From Myxococcota bacterium (lineage in GTDB: Bacteria > Myxococcota_A > Polyangia > Nannocystales > Nannocystaceae), in assembly GCA_039028615.1 (NCBI GenBank), contig JBCCHT010000008.1, positions 96,001 through 160,000 on the forward strand: a DNA stretch of 64,000 nt. The letters are read 5' to 3'. Below are positions 26,970 through 37,011 of the stretch, piece after piece. Made by a program: the position numbers and the translations under genes. The notes below the pieces were generated by a model that was given only the letters and a program-made list of their open reading frames with translations, searched no databases and was not told the DNA's origin. Every line of letters starts with the position of its first letter. Position 1 is the first letter of the stretch.

Positions 26970-27572
26970 ATGCGTAGCTGTCCCGAGTGCCACGGGTTCG
27001 TGCCCTCTGCCCAACGCGCGTGCCCCCACTGCGACCACACGTTGCCCACGGCACCAGCCGGCGAAGGCGGTTTCCTGAGTCGGGTGGGCGTGGGGCTCAT
27101 GGCCAGCTCGACCGCGATGACCTTGATGGCGTGCTACGGCGCCCCCTGCCCCGACGAAGATTCGTGCGGCGACGGAGGCAGCGCGGGGCCCCTCGAGGAG
27201 ACTTGCGACTTGATGACGCCGACCGAGGACCTCGGCGTCGACGCGCCCGTCAACGTCTCGGGCACGCTGACCACCGAGGGCAGCAACGTCGGCAGCTGCG
27301 GGGGTGCGGGCGGCGAGATGGTCTACACCTGGACGCCCCCCAGCGCGGGCACGTACACCATCTCGACCGAAGGCCAGCTCGACACCGTGCTCTACGTGCG
27401 CGACGCGGTGGCGGATGCCTGCGGCGTCGAGCTGGCGTGCAACGACGACGAGCCGGGCGCGACCACGTCGTCGCTCACCCTCGACCTGACCGGGGAACCC
27501 ATCGCCATCGTGGTCGACGGGTTCTCGGACGGGACCGCCGGCGACTTCACGCTCTCCATCCAGGGCTCGTAG
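26970..27572 (+). CDS. Zinc-ribbon lipoprotein with C-YGAP motif and PPC-like domain; putative radical SAM substrate
   Basis: CPEC-x10-CPHC, hydrophobic segment, LMAC-YGAP, then YTWTPPSAGTYTIST...DTVLYVRD...ELACNDD. Confidence 0.75.
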   Translation: MRSCPECHGFVPSAQRACPHCDHTLPTAPAGEGGFLSRVGVGLMASSTAMTLMACYGAPCPDEDSCGDGGSAGPLEETCDLMTPTEDLGVDAPVNVSGTLTTEGSNVGSCGGAGGEMVYTWTPPSAGTYTISTEGQLDTVLYVRDAVADACGVELACNDDEPGATTSSLTLDLTGEPIAIVVDGFSDGTAGDFTLSIQGS

Positions 27573-27582
27573 GCGCGCCACG

Positions 27583-28821
27583 GTGGCCGGTCGTCGCCTC
27601 GACGTCGTGGGGCAGGACTTCTTCCCCGCCTACGTGGTGTGGGAGCTGACCCTGCGCTGCGACCTGGCGTGCCGTCACTGCGGCTCGCGAGCGGGGGTTG
27701 CTCGACCCGACGAGCTCGACACCACCGAAGCGCTGGAGGTGGTGCAGCAGCTCGCCGAGCTGGGTGCACGCGAGGTGGTGGTGATCGGCGGCGAGGCCTA
27801 CCTGCACGATGGCTTCCTCGAGATCGTGGCCGCGCTCGCGAAGGCGGGGATCACCCCGGTGATGACCACGGGCGGACGCGGGGTCACGGCGCAGCTGGCC
27901 GCCGATATGAAGGCAGCGGGGCTCCAGCGGGTCAGCGTGAGCATCGATGGCCTCGAGCCGACGCACGACCGCATGCGCGCGTATCGGGGCAGCTTTGCCG
28001 CGGCCACGGCCGCCCTCGACCACTGCCGCGCCGCGGGCCTGGACATCACCGCCAACACCAACGTCAACCGGCTCAATCGCCACGACCTCGAGGGGCTCTA
28101 CGAGCACCTGCGGGACCACCACATCCGGGCGTGGCAGATCCAGCTGACCACCCCGCTGGGGCGCGCGGCCGACCGCACCGAGATGACCGTGCAGCCGTGG
28201 GACCTGCTGACGCTCGTGCCCACCATCGCCGCGCTCAAGGAGCGGGCCTTTGCCGACGGCATCGTCGTCATGCCGGGCAACAACCTGGGGTACTTCGGTC
28301 CCGAAGAAGCGCTGCTGCGATCGCCCTCGCGAGGCGGCCGCGACCACTGGCAGGGCTGTCAGGCGGGGCGCTTCGTGCTCGGCATCGAGTCGGATGGCGC
28401 GGTCAAGGGCTGCCCCTCGCTCCAGACCACCGCGTACGTCGGCGGCAACCTGCGAAGCCAGTCGCTCCGCGAGGTCTGGGACACCACGCCCGAGCTGGGC
28501 TTCACCCGTTCGCGCACGGTCGACGACCTGTGGGGCTACTGCCGCGAGTGCGTCTTCGCCGAGTCCTGCCTGGGCGGGTGCAGCTTCACCGCCCACGCGA
28601 TCTCGGGTCGACCCGGCAACAACCCCTATTGTCATTTTCGGGCGCGCGACTTTGCCAAGCGCGGACTCCGGGAGCGCTTGGTGCCCAGAGAGCCGGCCCC
28701 GGGACGCCCCTTCGACTACGGCGTGTTCGACATCGTGGTGGAAGCGATGGGCAGCGACGAGCCCAGCCTCGACGACGGAGCCCTGGTGCAGATCACCCGA
28801 CGGGCCCAACGACAGCGGTGA
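27583..28821 (+). CDS. Radical SAM/SPASM peptide maturase (splicease-like)
   Basis: VVWELTLRCDLACRHCGSRAG (CxxxCxxC), GGEAYL, GNNLGYFG, WQGCQAG...DGAVKGCPSL, CRECVFAESCLGGC, GNNPYC. Confidence 0.9.
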   Translation: MAGRRLDVVGQDFFPAYVVWELTLRCDLACRHCGSRAGVARPDELDTTEALEVVQQLAELGAREVVVIGGEAYLHDGFLEIVAALAKAGITPVMTTGGRGVTAQLAADMKAAGLQRVSVSIDGLEPTHDRMRAYRGSFAAATAALDHCRAAGLDITANTNVNRLNRHDLEGLYEHLRDHHIRAWQIQLTTPLGRAADRTEMTVQPWDLLTLVPTIAALKERAFADGIVVMPGNNLGYFGPEEALLRSPSRGGRDHWQGCQAGRFVLGIESDGAVKGCPSLQTTAYVGGNLRSQSLREVWDTTPELGFTRSRTVDDLWGYCRECVFAESCLGGCSFTAHAISGRPGNNPYCHFRARDFAKRGLRERLVPREPAPGRPFDYGVFDIVVEAMGSDEPSLDDGALVQITRRAQRQR

Positions 28822-28871
28822 GTTCCCCCCTTCGCTTGCGCGCGCCGTTGCCCCCGCGTCACACTGATCCG

Positions 28872-30248
28872 ATGAGACGGGTCCTGGTGGTCGGCTTCAC
28901 GGCCAGCCTCGGTGTCGGCTGTGGCTCCGATGCACCGACCACGGCCGGAGGGACCGGCGACACGGGCGAGGACACCACCGCGAGCGAGCCGGCCGAATGT
29001 GCCGAGGACCTCGATTGCCCCGACGAGCGGCCCCAGTGCAGCGAAGGCGTGTGCCTGGCCTGCGCCGATCTCGAGTCGTGCGAGGCCCACGACCCGGCCA
29101 CCCCCGCCTGTCACGAGCCCTCCGGTCGCTGCTTGCCCTGCCTCCCCGACGGCGACACCTGCTCCGGCGACATGCCCCACTGCACGGGCGCGGGCCAGTG
29201 CGTCCAATGCCTCGATTCCACGCACTGCCCCGACAGCGCCTGCAACCGCTTCACGGGGACGTGCATGCCCACCGACTCCGTCTACTGGGTCTTCAACTCC
29301 ACCCAGGACGAGTGGCCCGATCCCGACGGCACCGTCAACGCCCCCTTCGGCAGCATCCAGGAGGTCCTGCAGACGGTGGGCGACGAGCAGGTAACGATCT
29401 GGATCGCCGGGTCCGCGTACATCGAGGCGATGGGGATGACCATCGAGGGGCCTCGCACCGTCGCGATCCGGGAGTTCGTCGAGCCGACCTTCGGGGACGA
29501 TGAGCTCGATCCGCTGTTCGGGGGTGGATTGGCGGCGATGACCGTGACCGGTGGTGCCCGGGTCATCGTCGAGGAGGTCGACGTCACCGAACACGAGGAC
29601 GTGGCCATCGACTGCTTCGGCGCCGACCTGTGGCTGGTGAACCTGGGACTCATGGGAGGCACGGGCACGGGTCTGCGTGCCGTCGACTGCGACGTGCACC
29701 TGTCGGGGGTGCATGTCGGCGGCAACGACCGCGGGGCGATCACGACCTCGGGCAACACCACCCTGTCGATCGTCAACTCGGTGATCGGGCTCAACGGCGT
29801 GCCGCTGGCCACCGAGGGCACGGCCCTCGAGCTGCGCGGAGGGACGGCCGAGATCGTCCACTCCACCATCGCCGCCAACTACGGCGAGCCCGATCGCGCG
29901 TCGGTGCTCTGCAGCGGGGCCGCGCTGCGCATCCACAACAGCATCGTGACCAGCTTCGATGCGTCCATCGACTGCCCGCAGGCCCAGGTCGATCACAGCG
30001 TGGTCGATACCCCCTCGCTGTCGGGCGACGGGGTGTTCATCGCCGACTTCAACCCGCAGTGGTTCAACAGCTTCGGAGCCGGCCGCACGCGAGTCCGGTG
30101 GCCGACCCTGGCCGACCCCGAGTCCTCGCCGATGGCCGGGGTCGCGCAGTGGGCCCTGGGCGATCCCCTGACCGACATCGACGGCGACCCCCGCCCCGCC
30201 GTAGATGGCTCGGAGGACTACGCCGGCTGTGAGCGGCCGCCTCTGTGA
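28872..30248 (+). CDS. Lipoprotein with Cys-rich repeats and right-handed beta-helix domain
   Basis: Lipobox GVGC, Cys-rich block, PDGTVNAPFGSIQE, IVNSVI/IVHSTI/IHNSIV repeats, TDIDGDPRP...AGCE. Confidence 0.78.
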   Translation: MRRVLVVGFTASLGVGCGSDAPTTAGGTGDTGEDTTASEPAECAEDLDCPDERPQCSEGVCLACADLESCEAHDPATPACHEPSGRCLPCLPDGDTCSGDMPHCTGAGQCVQCLDSTHCPDSACNRFTGTCMPTDSVYWVFNSTQDEWPDPDGTVNAPFGSIQEVLQTVGDEQVTIWIAGSAYIEAMGMTIEGPRTVAIREFVEPTFGDDELDPLFGGGLAAMTVTGGARVIVEEVDVTEHEDVAIDCFGADLWLVNLGLMGGTGTGLRAVDCDVHLSGVHVGGNDRGAITTSGNTTLSIVNSVIGLNGVPLATEGTALELRGGTAEIVHSTIAANYGEPDRASVLCSGAALRIHNSIVTSFDASIDCPQAQVDHSVVDTPSLSGDGVFIADFNPQWFNSFGAGRTRVRWPTLADPESSPMAGVAQWALGDPLTDIDGDPRPAVDGSEDYAGCERPPL

Positions 30249-30341
30249 GCCTGGCTTGGTACGACAAAAAACTCCGTTTTCGTGATCCGCTCGGTGCGGA
30301 TTGGGAACAGGACCATCGACCCCCAACGACGGACCCTTCCC

Positions 30342-31541
30342 ATGAAGCACCAATCCCTATTCCTGCGCTCCTCCACCGCAATCCTCGGCATGTCGCTCCT
30401 GCTCGGAGCCTGCGGCGAGGAGCCCAACGACGATGCAGCGGGACTGCAGGCCGACGAAGAGATCATCTACGAACTCCTCCCTGGTGATTACCCCTACCGC
30501 GACGGCGACCGCACCATCTGCGCCGTCTACGAGGCCGACCTGGGCGATGAGATCGACCAGCGCACCGAGCACTACCTCATCGAGCGCATGAACGAGGAGC
30601 TCCAGGACGACGAAGAGTGGGCCGCCTTCTCCGGTTTCGACACCGTGGAGACCTGCGACGACGCCCGCGAATATCAGGCGCTGCGGCTCGAGTATGAGCA
30701 GACGCTTCCGATCGTCTTCAACCCGGAGCGCGGGATGTACCCCGAGGAGCCGGGGGCCGACCTCGGCGACGGCGTCGACAAGATCGGCGAAGCCACGGGC
30801 GAGTCCAACAACGACGCAGTCGTGCGGATCAAGCTGTCCGCCGCCTCGTCCGGCGCCTGCTCGGGCACCATGATCAACAACCGCACCGTGCTCACCGCCG
30901 CGCACTGCTTCCCCGCCGGGCAGCGCCCCATCGCCCTGCGACGCGAGGAAAACGGCAGCCTGCAGAACTTCGTGACCAAGGACGCCACCGTCTACAACCA
31001 CATCGACTACACCGGCGTGGGCGACCCGGGCGACGACATCGGCCTCATCGTGTTCGACACCCCCATCGCCGGGGTGGACAACGGAGCCGACACGCTGCGG
31101 GTGCTGACGTCGGGGATCGACGCGGGTGACAACATCATCTTCCTCGGCTGGGGCATCGCCGATCACCAGGGCACGGGCGCGGGCATCCTCCGCTACGGCC
31201 ACGCCGTCGTGGACTGGGCCAGCTCCCGCCACTTCACCGACACCGTGCTTCAGGGCGGGCCGCGGGCGTGCAAGCAGGACTCGGGCGGACCGGCTCGACT
31301 CAACCGCGGCTCCCATGGCGTGAGCTACGACCTCGTCGGCGGCATGGTCTCCGAGGGTGAGCTGGGCAGCCCCTTCTGCGGCTACCCCGGGCACAAGGTG
31401 CGCTGGGCCGCGACCGAGAGCAAGATCGAGTGGATCGAGACCCGCTTGCTCATCCACGGCATGAACCTGACCCCGCAAGATGCCGGCACCGCGTGCCACC
31501 GTTTCTCGCAGAACGGCCACACCTACATGCGTTGCTGGTAA
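30342..31541 (+). CDS. Trypsin-like (S1) serine protease lipoprotein
   Basis: Lipobox LGAC. Triad motifs CSGT...VLTAAHC, DDIGLI, DSGGP. Confidence 0.9.
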   Translation: MKHQSLFLRSSTAILGMSLLLGACGEEPNDDAAGLQADEEIIYELLPGDYPYRDGDRTICAVYEADLGDEIDQRTEHYLIERMNEELQDDEEWAAFSGFDTVETCDDAREYQALRLEYEQTLPIVFNPERGMYPEEPGADLGDGVDKIGEATGESNNDAVVRIKLSAASSGACSGTMINNRTVLTAAHCFPAGQRPIALRREENGSLQNFVTKDATVYNHIDYTGVGDPGDDIGLIVFDTPIAGVDNGADTLRVLTSGIDAGDNIIFLGWGIADHQGTGAGILRYGHAVVDWASSRHFTDTVLQGGPRACKQDSGGPARLNRGSHGVSYDLVGGMVSEGELGSPFCGYPGHKVRWAATESKIEWIETRLLIHGMNLTPQDAGTACHRFSQNGHTYMRCW

Positions 31542-31548
31542 AGATGTC

Positions 31549-31589
31549 GATGTCCCCTCGCCGACCGAGGCGAGGGGACATCCCCTTTT
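31549..31589 (+). terminator. Intrinsic terminator
   Basis: 14-bp stem GATGTCCCCTCGCC/GGCGAGGGGACATC followed by CCCTTTT. Confidence 0.75.
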
Positions 31590-31621
31590 CGAATCGCCTC
31601 GACTGAAGAAAAGAACGACTC

Positions 31622-32152
31622 GTGCTTCGACCTCGCCTCGACCCTTGGATTTTCTCTGCCTGCTTGCTGTGGAACGTCGGCTGCGGCGACGACGGTAGTG
31701 ACGACGCGGCATCGACCGCGGCCGGATCCACCTCGATGTCCGCGGCCGAGGGTGGCAGCGGAGGTACCGGAGCGTCGGACCCGACCGGTGGCAACCAGGC
31801 CACCAGCGACGCGATGACCAGCGATGGCGGGGCGACGGGCAATGCCAGCGACGCGACGGGCAACCCGGGCGACGAGACCGGCACCGAGCTCGACTGCTCG
31901 GAGTGCGGCCTCCCCGGCTGCTTCAGCCAGCTCACGGGCGGCCAGTGCGTCTGCGAAGCGGGCTACGAGTGGGCCGACCCCACCGACCCCATGAACTTCC
32001 AGTGCGTGCCGATCTCGAACGGGAGCGGTGGCGACGAGTGTCCCGGGCGCAACAGTCACCTGGAGGGCGAGGTCTGCGTCTGCGACGACGGCTTCGAGTG
32101 GTGTGACCCCAGCGACATCAACAACCAGTCGTGCTGCTTGCCGCCCCGCTGA
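31622..32152 (+). CDS. Small Cys-rich (EGF-like) lipoprotein
   Basis: Stalk followed by two CVCEAGYEW / CVCDDGFEW modules. Confidence 0.7.
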   Translation: MLRPRLDPWIFSACLLWNVGCGDDGSDDAASTAAGSTSMSAAEGGSGGTGASDPTGGNQATSDAMTSDGGATGNASDATGNPGDETGTELDCSECGLPGCFSQLTGGQCVCEAGYEWADPTDPMNFQCVPISNGSGGDECPGRNSHLEGEVCVCDDGFEWCDPSDINNQSCCLPPR

Positions 32153-32220
32153 ACACCAGCGAAAGGCGGGCCCGGCGAGGCCGCCCTTGGCCCGCCTCGC
32201 CGCATTGATTACTTTTGGCC

Positions 32221-33903
32221 ATGCTCCGCCGTCGACGATTCGTGGGCCTGGGTCTGGGAATGCTGGCCAGCGCGTGTGCCAAACAGGGCACCGCCACGCC
32301 GCAGGGCGCCACGGGGCCCGCCTCCCTCATCGTGCAGGGGCGCGTGCTGACCCTCGATCCCGCGCGACCCTCGGCCGAGGCGGTCGCGGTGGCGGGCGGT
32401 CGCATCCTCGCGGTGGGCAGCCTCGACGAGATTGCCGGGCATCGCGGGCCTCAGACCGAGATCGTCGACGTCGGCGATGGCCTGATCACCCCCGGGCTGG
32501 TCGATGCCCATGCCCACCTCGCCGGGCTGGGGCGCGGCCTCGAAGAGGTCGACCTGCGGGGCTCCGCGTCCGTCGAAGAAGTGGTCAAGCGCCTGCACGA
32601 GCACGACCGCGGCCAGCCTTGGCTCACCGGACGCGGCTGGGACCAGAACCTGTGGCCGGGCGGCGCCATGCCGACCCACGACGTCCTGAGCGCGGCGTTC
32701 CCCGATCGCCCGGTATGGCTGCGCCGAGTCGACGGTCATGCGGGTTGGGCCAATGCCGCCGCGATGAAGGCCTCGGGGATCGAGCCCGGCCGCAAGTCCC
32801 CCGAAGGCGGGGAGATCCTGGTCAGCGTCGATGGCCAACCAACCGGCGTGCTCATCGATGCGGCCATGGCGTTGATGAACCCGCCCACGCCGACCGAAGC
32901 GGACCTCCGTCGCCAGCTGGATGCCGCGCAGCAGCACGTGCTCGAGCGCGGCCTGACCGGCGTGCACGACATGGGCGTCGGCCCCATGCTCGATGCGATC
33001 TACCGCGAGACCGCGACCCGAAGCGACGTCGAGCAGCGGCTTCGGCTGCGCGTGTGGGGCTATGCCGACTCGAGCTGGCTCCCCGAGCTCGCGCCGCAGC
33101 GACGCGCCGACCGGCCGGGACCCGAGGATCTGTACGCATTGGTCGGGGTCAAGGTCTACGCCGATGGTGCGCTGGGCAGCCGGGGCGCGGCATTGTTGGC
33201 GCCCTACCACGACCGACCCGACCACACCGGGCTCATGCAGCGCGATCCCGAGGCCCTTCGGGCGCTGTACGAGCTGGCGGTGGAGCACGGCTACCAGATC
33301 GCGACCCATGCCATCGGCGACGCAGCCAACCGAGCCGTGCTCGATGGCTACCAGGCCGTCATCGAGGCCAACGGGCTGCAGGACGCCCGCCTTCGAGTCG
33401 AGCACGCGCAGATCCTCCACCCCGACGACATCCCCCGCTTCGCCGAGCTCGGGGTGATCGCCAGCATGCAGCCCACCCACGCCACCAGCGACATGGCCTG
33501 GGTGCCCGATCGCGTCGGCCCCGAGCGCGTGTCCGGGGCCTACGCCTGGCGGAGGATCCTCGATGCCAAGGGCCACCTGTGCTTCGGCAGCGACTTCCCC
33601 GTCGAGCTGGTCGACGTGACGCACGGGCTCTACTCCGCCATCACCCGCGCGGACCCGAAGGGGCAGCCCGCCGGAGGGTGGACCCCGGATCAGCTGCTCT
33701 CGCTCGAAGAGGCGATTGCCGCGTTCAGCCGGGATGCCGCCTACGCCGGGTTCTCCGAGGGCTATCTGGGTACGATCGTCGAAGGGGCGCGCGCCGACTT
33801 CAGCTGCTTCCGCGACGATCTGCGCACCCTCGATCCCGCCGGAGTTCGCGATGCCGTCGTCGCGGCCACCATCGTCGACGGGCTCGTTCGCTATCGAGCC
33901 TGA
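32221..33903 (+). CDS. Amidohydrolase_3 (YtcJ-like) protein, probable Tat lipoprotein
   Basis: RRRRF...ASAC. PGLVDAHAH, RVDGHAGWAN, KVYADGALGSRGA, HAIGD, RVEHAQ, SMQPTH, GSDFPV. Confidence 0.92.
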   Translation: MLRRRRFVGLGLGMLASACAKQGTATPQGATGPASLIVQGRVLTLDPARPSAEAVAVAGGRILAVGSLDEIAGHRGPQTEIVDVGDGLITPGLVDAHAHLAGLGRGLEEVDLRGSASVEEVVKRLHEHDRGQPWLTGRGWDQNLWPGGAMPTHDVLSAAFPDRPVWLRRVDGHAGWANAAAMKASGIEPGRKSPEGGEILVSVDGQPTGVLIDAAMALMNPPTPTEADLRRQLDAAQQHVLERGLTGVHDMGVGPMLDAIYRETATRSDVEQRLRLRVWGYADSSWLPELAPQRRADRPGPEDLYALVGVKVYADGALGSRGAALLAPYHDRPDHTGLMQRDPEALRALYELAVEHGYQIATHAIGDAANRAVLDGYQAVIEANGLQDARLRVEHAQILHPDDIPRFAELGVIASMQPTHATSDMAWVPDRVGPERVSGAYAWRRILDAKGHLCFGSDFPVELVDVTHGLYSAITRADPKGQPAGGWTPDQLLSLEEAIAAFSRDAAYAGFSEGYLGTIVEGARADFSCFRDDLRTLDPAGVRDAVVAATIVDGLVRYRA

Positions 33904-34038
33904 GCTTCCACTTCGACGAGGACACGGCCTCTTCGCCCCCGACCATAGTGCCGAGGACGAAGAGCGGCCGCTCCCCGCCGGGCCTGCTCCGCGAGATCAT
34001 GAAGCGAGAGCAGGCCCCATATCGTCAGCCCTCCCTCC

Positions 34039-34452
34039 TCAGGCCGTGTGCACGGGCGCGAAGACGGGGCAGGCCTTGATGTCGTTGCCGGTCTCCGTGC
34101 TGGTACAGCCGCATCCGACCTCGTCGATCGCGATGCAGACATCACCGCTGCAGCTGACCGTGCTCCCATCCTCGCAGGTTGCGGTGGACCCGGCTCGAAA
34201 GCGGATGTCCCCGTCCACGAGGTCGAGCTCTTCCAGGCTCTCCACCAAGCCCTCCTGCTCTTCGACACACTCGTCGGCCGACTCGGAGACGCACACGGCA
34301 TAGTCCTCGAGCGCCTCGCGGGCCTCTTCTTCGGCTTCCCACAGCGATTCGCGGCCATCTTCGGGGACAGGCTCGTCGACGGCGGAGCACCCGAAGGCAG
34401 CCAGGCCCGCGATCACGATCGAAACGAAAATCGAACTCGTCTTCATCTTCAT
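34039..34452 (-). CDS. Small Cys-containing lipoprotein
   Basis: Lipobox AFGC, C-terminal Cys cluster, SD-like sequence upstream. Confidence 0.65.
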   Translation of the reverse strand: MKMKTSSIFVSIVIAGLAAFGCSAVDEPVPEDGRESLWEAEEEAREALEDYAVCVSESADECVEEQEGLVESLEELDLVDGDIRFRAGSTATCEDGSTVSCSGDVCIAIDEVGCGCTSTETGNDIKACPVFAPVHTA

Positions 34453-34689
34453 CCTTCATTTCCTCGCCGGTACGCCGGCGCATACGAACGAACACCCGGC
34501 CGCGAAACTACGGCGGCCGCTTCCTCGAACCGTCACAACGACTACCCGAGGTTCAATCCCACTATGAAGTTGGCCCCATCAACGTCAAGCGATTTGCTGA
34601 CACTAAAAAACTACAAGGAAAACGAAAATTAGTTCGGCCCTTTTTCGTTCGCCGGCAGGTCGACCGGTCTGAAGACGCCGACATGTTTC

Positions 34690-35235
34690 CTACTCGGGCG
34701 GCATGCCGTTGAGCCGCCGTAGCTCTCGTCGCAGCGAAGCCTCGGTCACCATCACCTCGAGCGGGCGCTCATTGTGGGCACGCAACCAAAGCGGCTCGAA
34801 ACGCCGATACATCCAGCGACGCCCGTAGCGAAGACCCACGTACGCGTGGATCGCCACGGCGAGGAACACCAAGAAGACTCCGCCTTCGACCGCTTTTAGC
34901 CACGCACTGCCCCCCATGGCCATGGGGATCCAGATGAAGATCGACGCGATGAGAGCCACCCGAAACAGGACCTCGCGCCACAGGTGCGCCCGGCGATGCG
35001 GGCCGCACATGGGGAGGTCGATGCTCTGTCCGCCAGAGGCTCCGACCCCGCCCAGGGAGAACGCGGCCGCGTCGCTGAAGCGGGCGGTGGCAGTGGCCGG
35101 ACTCCCGCAAGTGATGCATTTCCCGGATACGGCCAAACCCGTGATCGGGACGGGTATCGGGCTGACGTTTTTCACTGGCACGTCGAGTATACGAGGGATT
35201 CGGCGCGGCCTGGCGCGAACGGCGAAGCCCAGCAT
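34690..35235 (-). CDS. Hypothetical membrane protein with possible Zn site (start uncertain)
   Basis: CITCG...LPMCGPH and two TM helices. Confidence 0.5.
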   Translation of the reverse strand: MLGFAVRARPRRIPRILDVPVKNVSPIPVPITGLAVSGKCITCGSPATATARFSDAAAFSLGGVGASGGQSIDLPMCGPHRRAHLWREVLFRVALIASIFIWIPMAMGGSAWLKAVEGGVFLVFLAVAIHAYVGLRYGRRWMYRRFEPLWLRAHNERPLEVMVTEASLRRELRRLNGMPPE

Positions 35236-35536
35236 TCGGCCCTGAAACCCCGTCCTTCGCCCTCGATACGGGTTTCTTCGGAAAAATTGGTCGGGGCTGA
35301 AGAATCCCGGGGCCGGTCGACTCTCCACCCCTGAAACGCAGCGACCCATCCGCTGCGATAGCGACAGCAACCGGCGGACCACTGCTCATGATCATGTCTT
35401 TCATCCGCGCGCTCCGTGGAGCCGTGAAGGCCGTCCTGCACGGCGCCGAGTCTTGGGCGTCTGTCCTTTGAACGGGTGAGCAACCCGAGCATCGAGAACT
35501 TCATTGACCACCGCAGTACTGACCGGGAGCCTCCCG

Positions 35537-36313
35537 ATGGCTCACAGGGAGAGCACGCGTGCCCACGTCTACAAGTGGGTCTTCGGCCTGAACTTCCTGA
35601 TGATCTTGTTCATCTTCGCCGAGCCGACCGCGAAACGGATCCTCGAGTCGGTCTGGCAGCGCGGCCACTTCGTCTACGTCGCGACCGCCTCCCTCGACCT
35701 GCACGCGTTCTTCGGCTTCGGCTTCCTGGGCCTGTTCGCGGCTCAGATCGCCCTGGGCTTTCGCGCTCGAGCCAAGGGCGGCCGCCCCAAGAGCGGGACG
35801 CGACATCGCCGACTGGGCCGAACCTTCGCCTACGTCATCTTGCCGCTGTTCATCCTCGGCGGCGCCTGGGTGATCATCGACCGGGCCTTCCTGCTCGGCA
35901 CGGCCCGCTCCACCCTCTTTCATCAGCATCGGGCCTTCGTGGTCATCGAGATGCTCCACGTCCTGGGCCTCATCGCCTACTTCGCCGTCCGGGGCGTCCG
36001 CACCATCCGGCGCAAGGACATCGAGGGCCACGTCGACAGCATGCTCGGGCTGTTCCTCTCCGCCGGGCTGCTCGCGACCATTCGCCTGCTCTACGCCATC
36101 ATCTGGGCCACCATCGGGGAGAACCCGCTGTCGATCTCCGGCACCTATCTGCTCGCCGTGGCGGTGACCTTCGTGGAGCTGGTGGTCGTGTTCGGCCTCG
36201 CCGGTCGCCTGACGAACAACCGCACGCCGCTGTGGGTGTTCGCAGGCAGCACCATCGTCATGGCCGTGCTCGGCCTGCCCCTCTACTCCGTCTGGGACAC
36301 CCCGGTCCTCTGA
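35537..36313 (+). CDS. Polytopic membrane protein with conserved-looking His residues (DUF2306-like)
   Basis: About 7 TM helices. LHAFFG, RHRRLGR, GHVDSM. GGGAG SD. Confidence 0.65.
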   Translation: MAHRESTRAHVYKWVFGLNFLMILFIFAEPTAKRILESVWQRGHFVYVATASLDLHAFFGFGFLGLFAAQIALGFRARAKGGRPKSGTRHRRLGRTFAYVILPLFILGGAWVIIDRAFLLGTARSTLFHQHRAFVVIEMLHVLGLIAYFAVRGVRTIRRKDIEGHVDSMLGLFLSAGLLATIRLLYAIIWATIGENPLSISGTYLLAVAVTFVELVVVFGLAGRLTNNRTPLWVFAGSTIVMAVLGLPLYSVWDTPVL

Positions 36314-36326
36314 GAGCGAATCGATC

Positions 36327-36998
36327 ATGAACCACGCACCCAACCACCATCGGGCGCCCCACTGGGGGGTGAGGCTCGGCGTCTTCGTCCTCGCCGCATG
36401 CCACTGGTTTTGGAGTCAGGGCGAGCTGTCCTCCCGCCCCGAGGCGCTGGAGATCCTCGACTTCGTCCTGCAGGCCTTGGACCCGATTCACGGCTTCTTC
36501 GTCGAGAACACGGCCGCCACCAACGGCTTGCTGATCGCCAGCTCGCTGGGCATCGACGCCCTCGTCCTGTTCCTGCTCTTTCGCAGCATCTTCGGCCCCA
36601 GCTTCAAGCCCTTCTTGGGCCTGATGATCCTCATCGGGCTGCGCCAGTGTTGCCAGAGCATGGTCGCTCTGCCGCCGCCCGATGGTTTGCTCTGGCATGA
36701 CCCGGGCTTCCCTTCGCTGTTCGTGACCTACGGGGTGAGCAACGATCTGTTCTTCTCCGGCCACACCGCGCTGGCCGTGTACGGGGCCATGGAGCTGTGG
36801 CGACTGGGTCGCCTGCCCTTCAAGGTGCTCGCCGTCGCGCTGGCCGTGTTCGAGATCGGCGCGGTGCTCGTGCTGCACGCCCACTGGACCATGGATGTCT
36901 ATGCCGGAGCCGTGACCGCGTTGCTGGTCGGCATCACCGTGCAGCACATCGGACCGCCCGTCGATCGCTGGCTGGCGAAGATCGAGACCAACGGCTGA
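36327..36998 (+). CDS. PAP2-superfamily, sphingomyelin/IPC-synthase-like membrane enzyme
   Basis: LR...LPPP, NDLFFSGHT and HAHWTMDV match the SMS/Aur1-type catalytic motifs. Confidence 0.8.
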   Translation: MNHAPNHHRAPHWGVRLGVFVLAACHWFWSQGELSSRPEALEILDFVLQALDPIHGFFVENTAATNGLLIASSLGIDALVLFLLFRSIFGPSFKPFLGLMILIGLRQCCQSMVALPPPDGLLWHDPGFPSLFVTYGVSNDLFFSGHTALAVYGAMELWRLGRLPFKVLAVALAVFEIGAVLVLHAHWTMDVYAGAVTALLVGITVQHIGPPVDRWLAKIETNG

Positions 36999-37011
36999 GA
37001 GGCGAACCATC

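Noticed and set aside
26979..26993. CPECH as a c-type haem site
   Set aside because: It lies before the signal-like segment (cytoplasmic side) and pairs with CPHC, which fits a zinc ribbon better.
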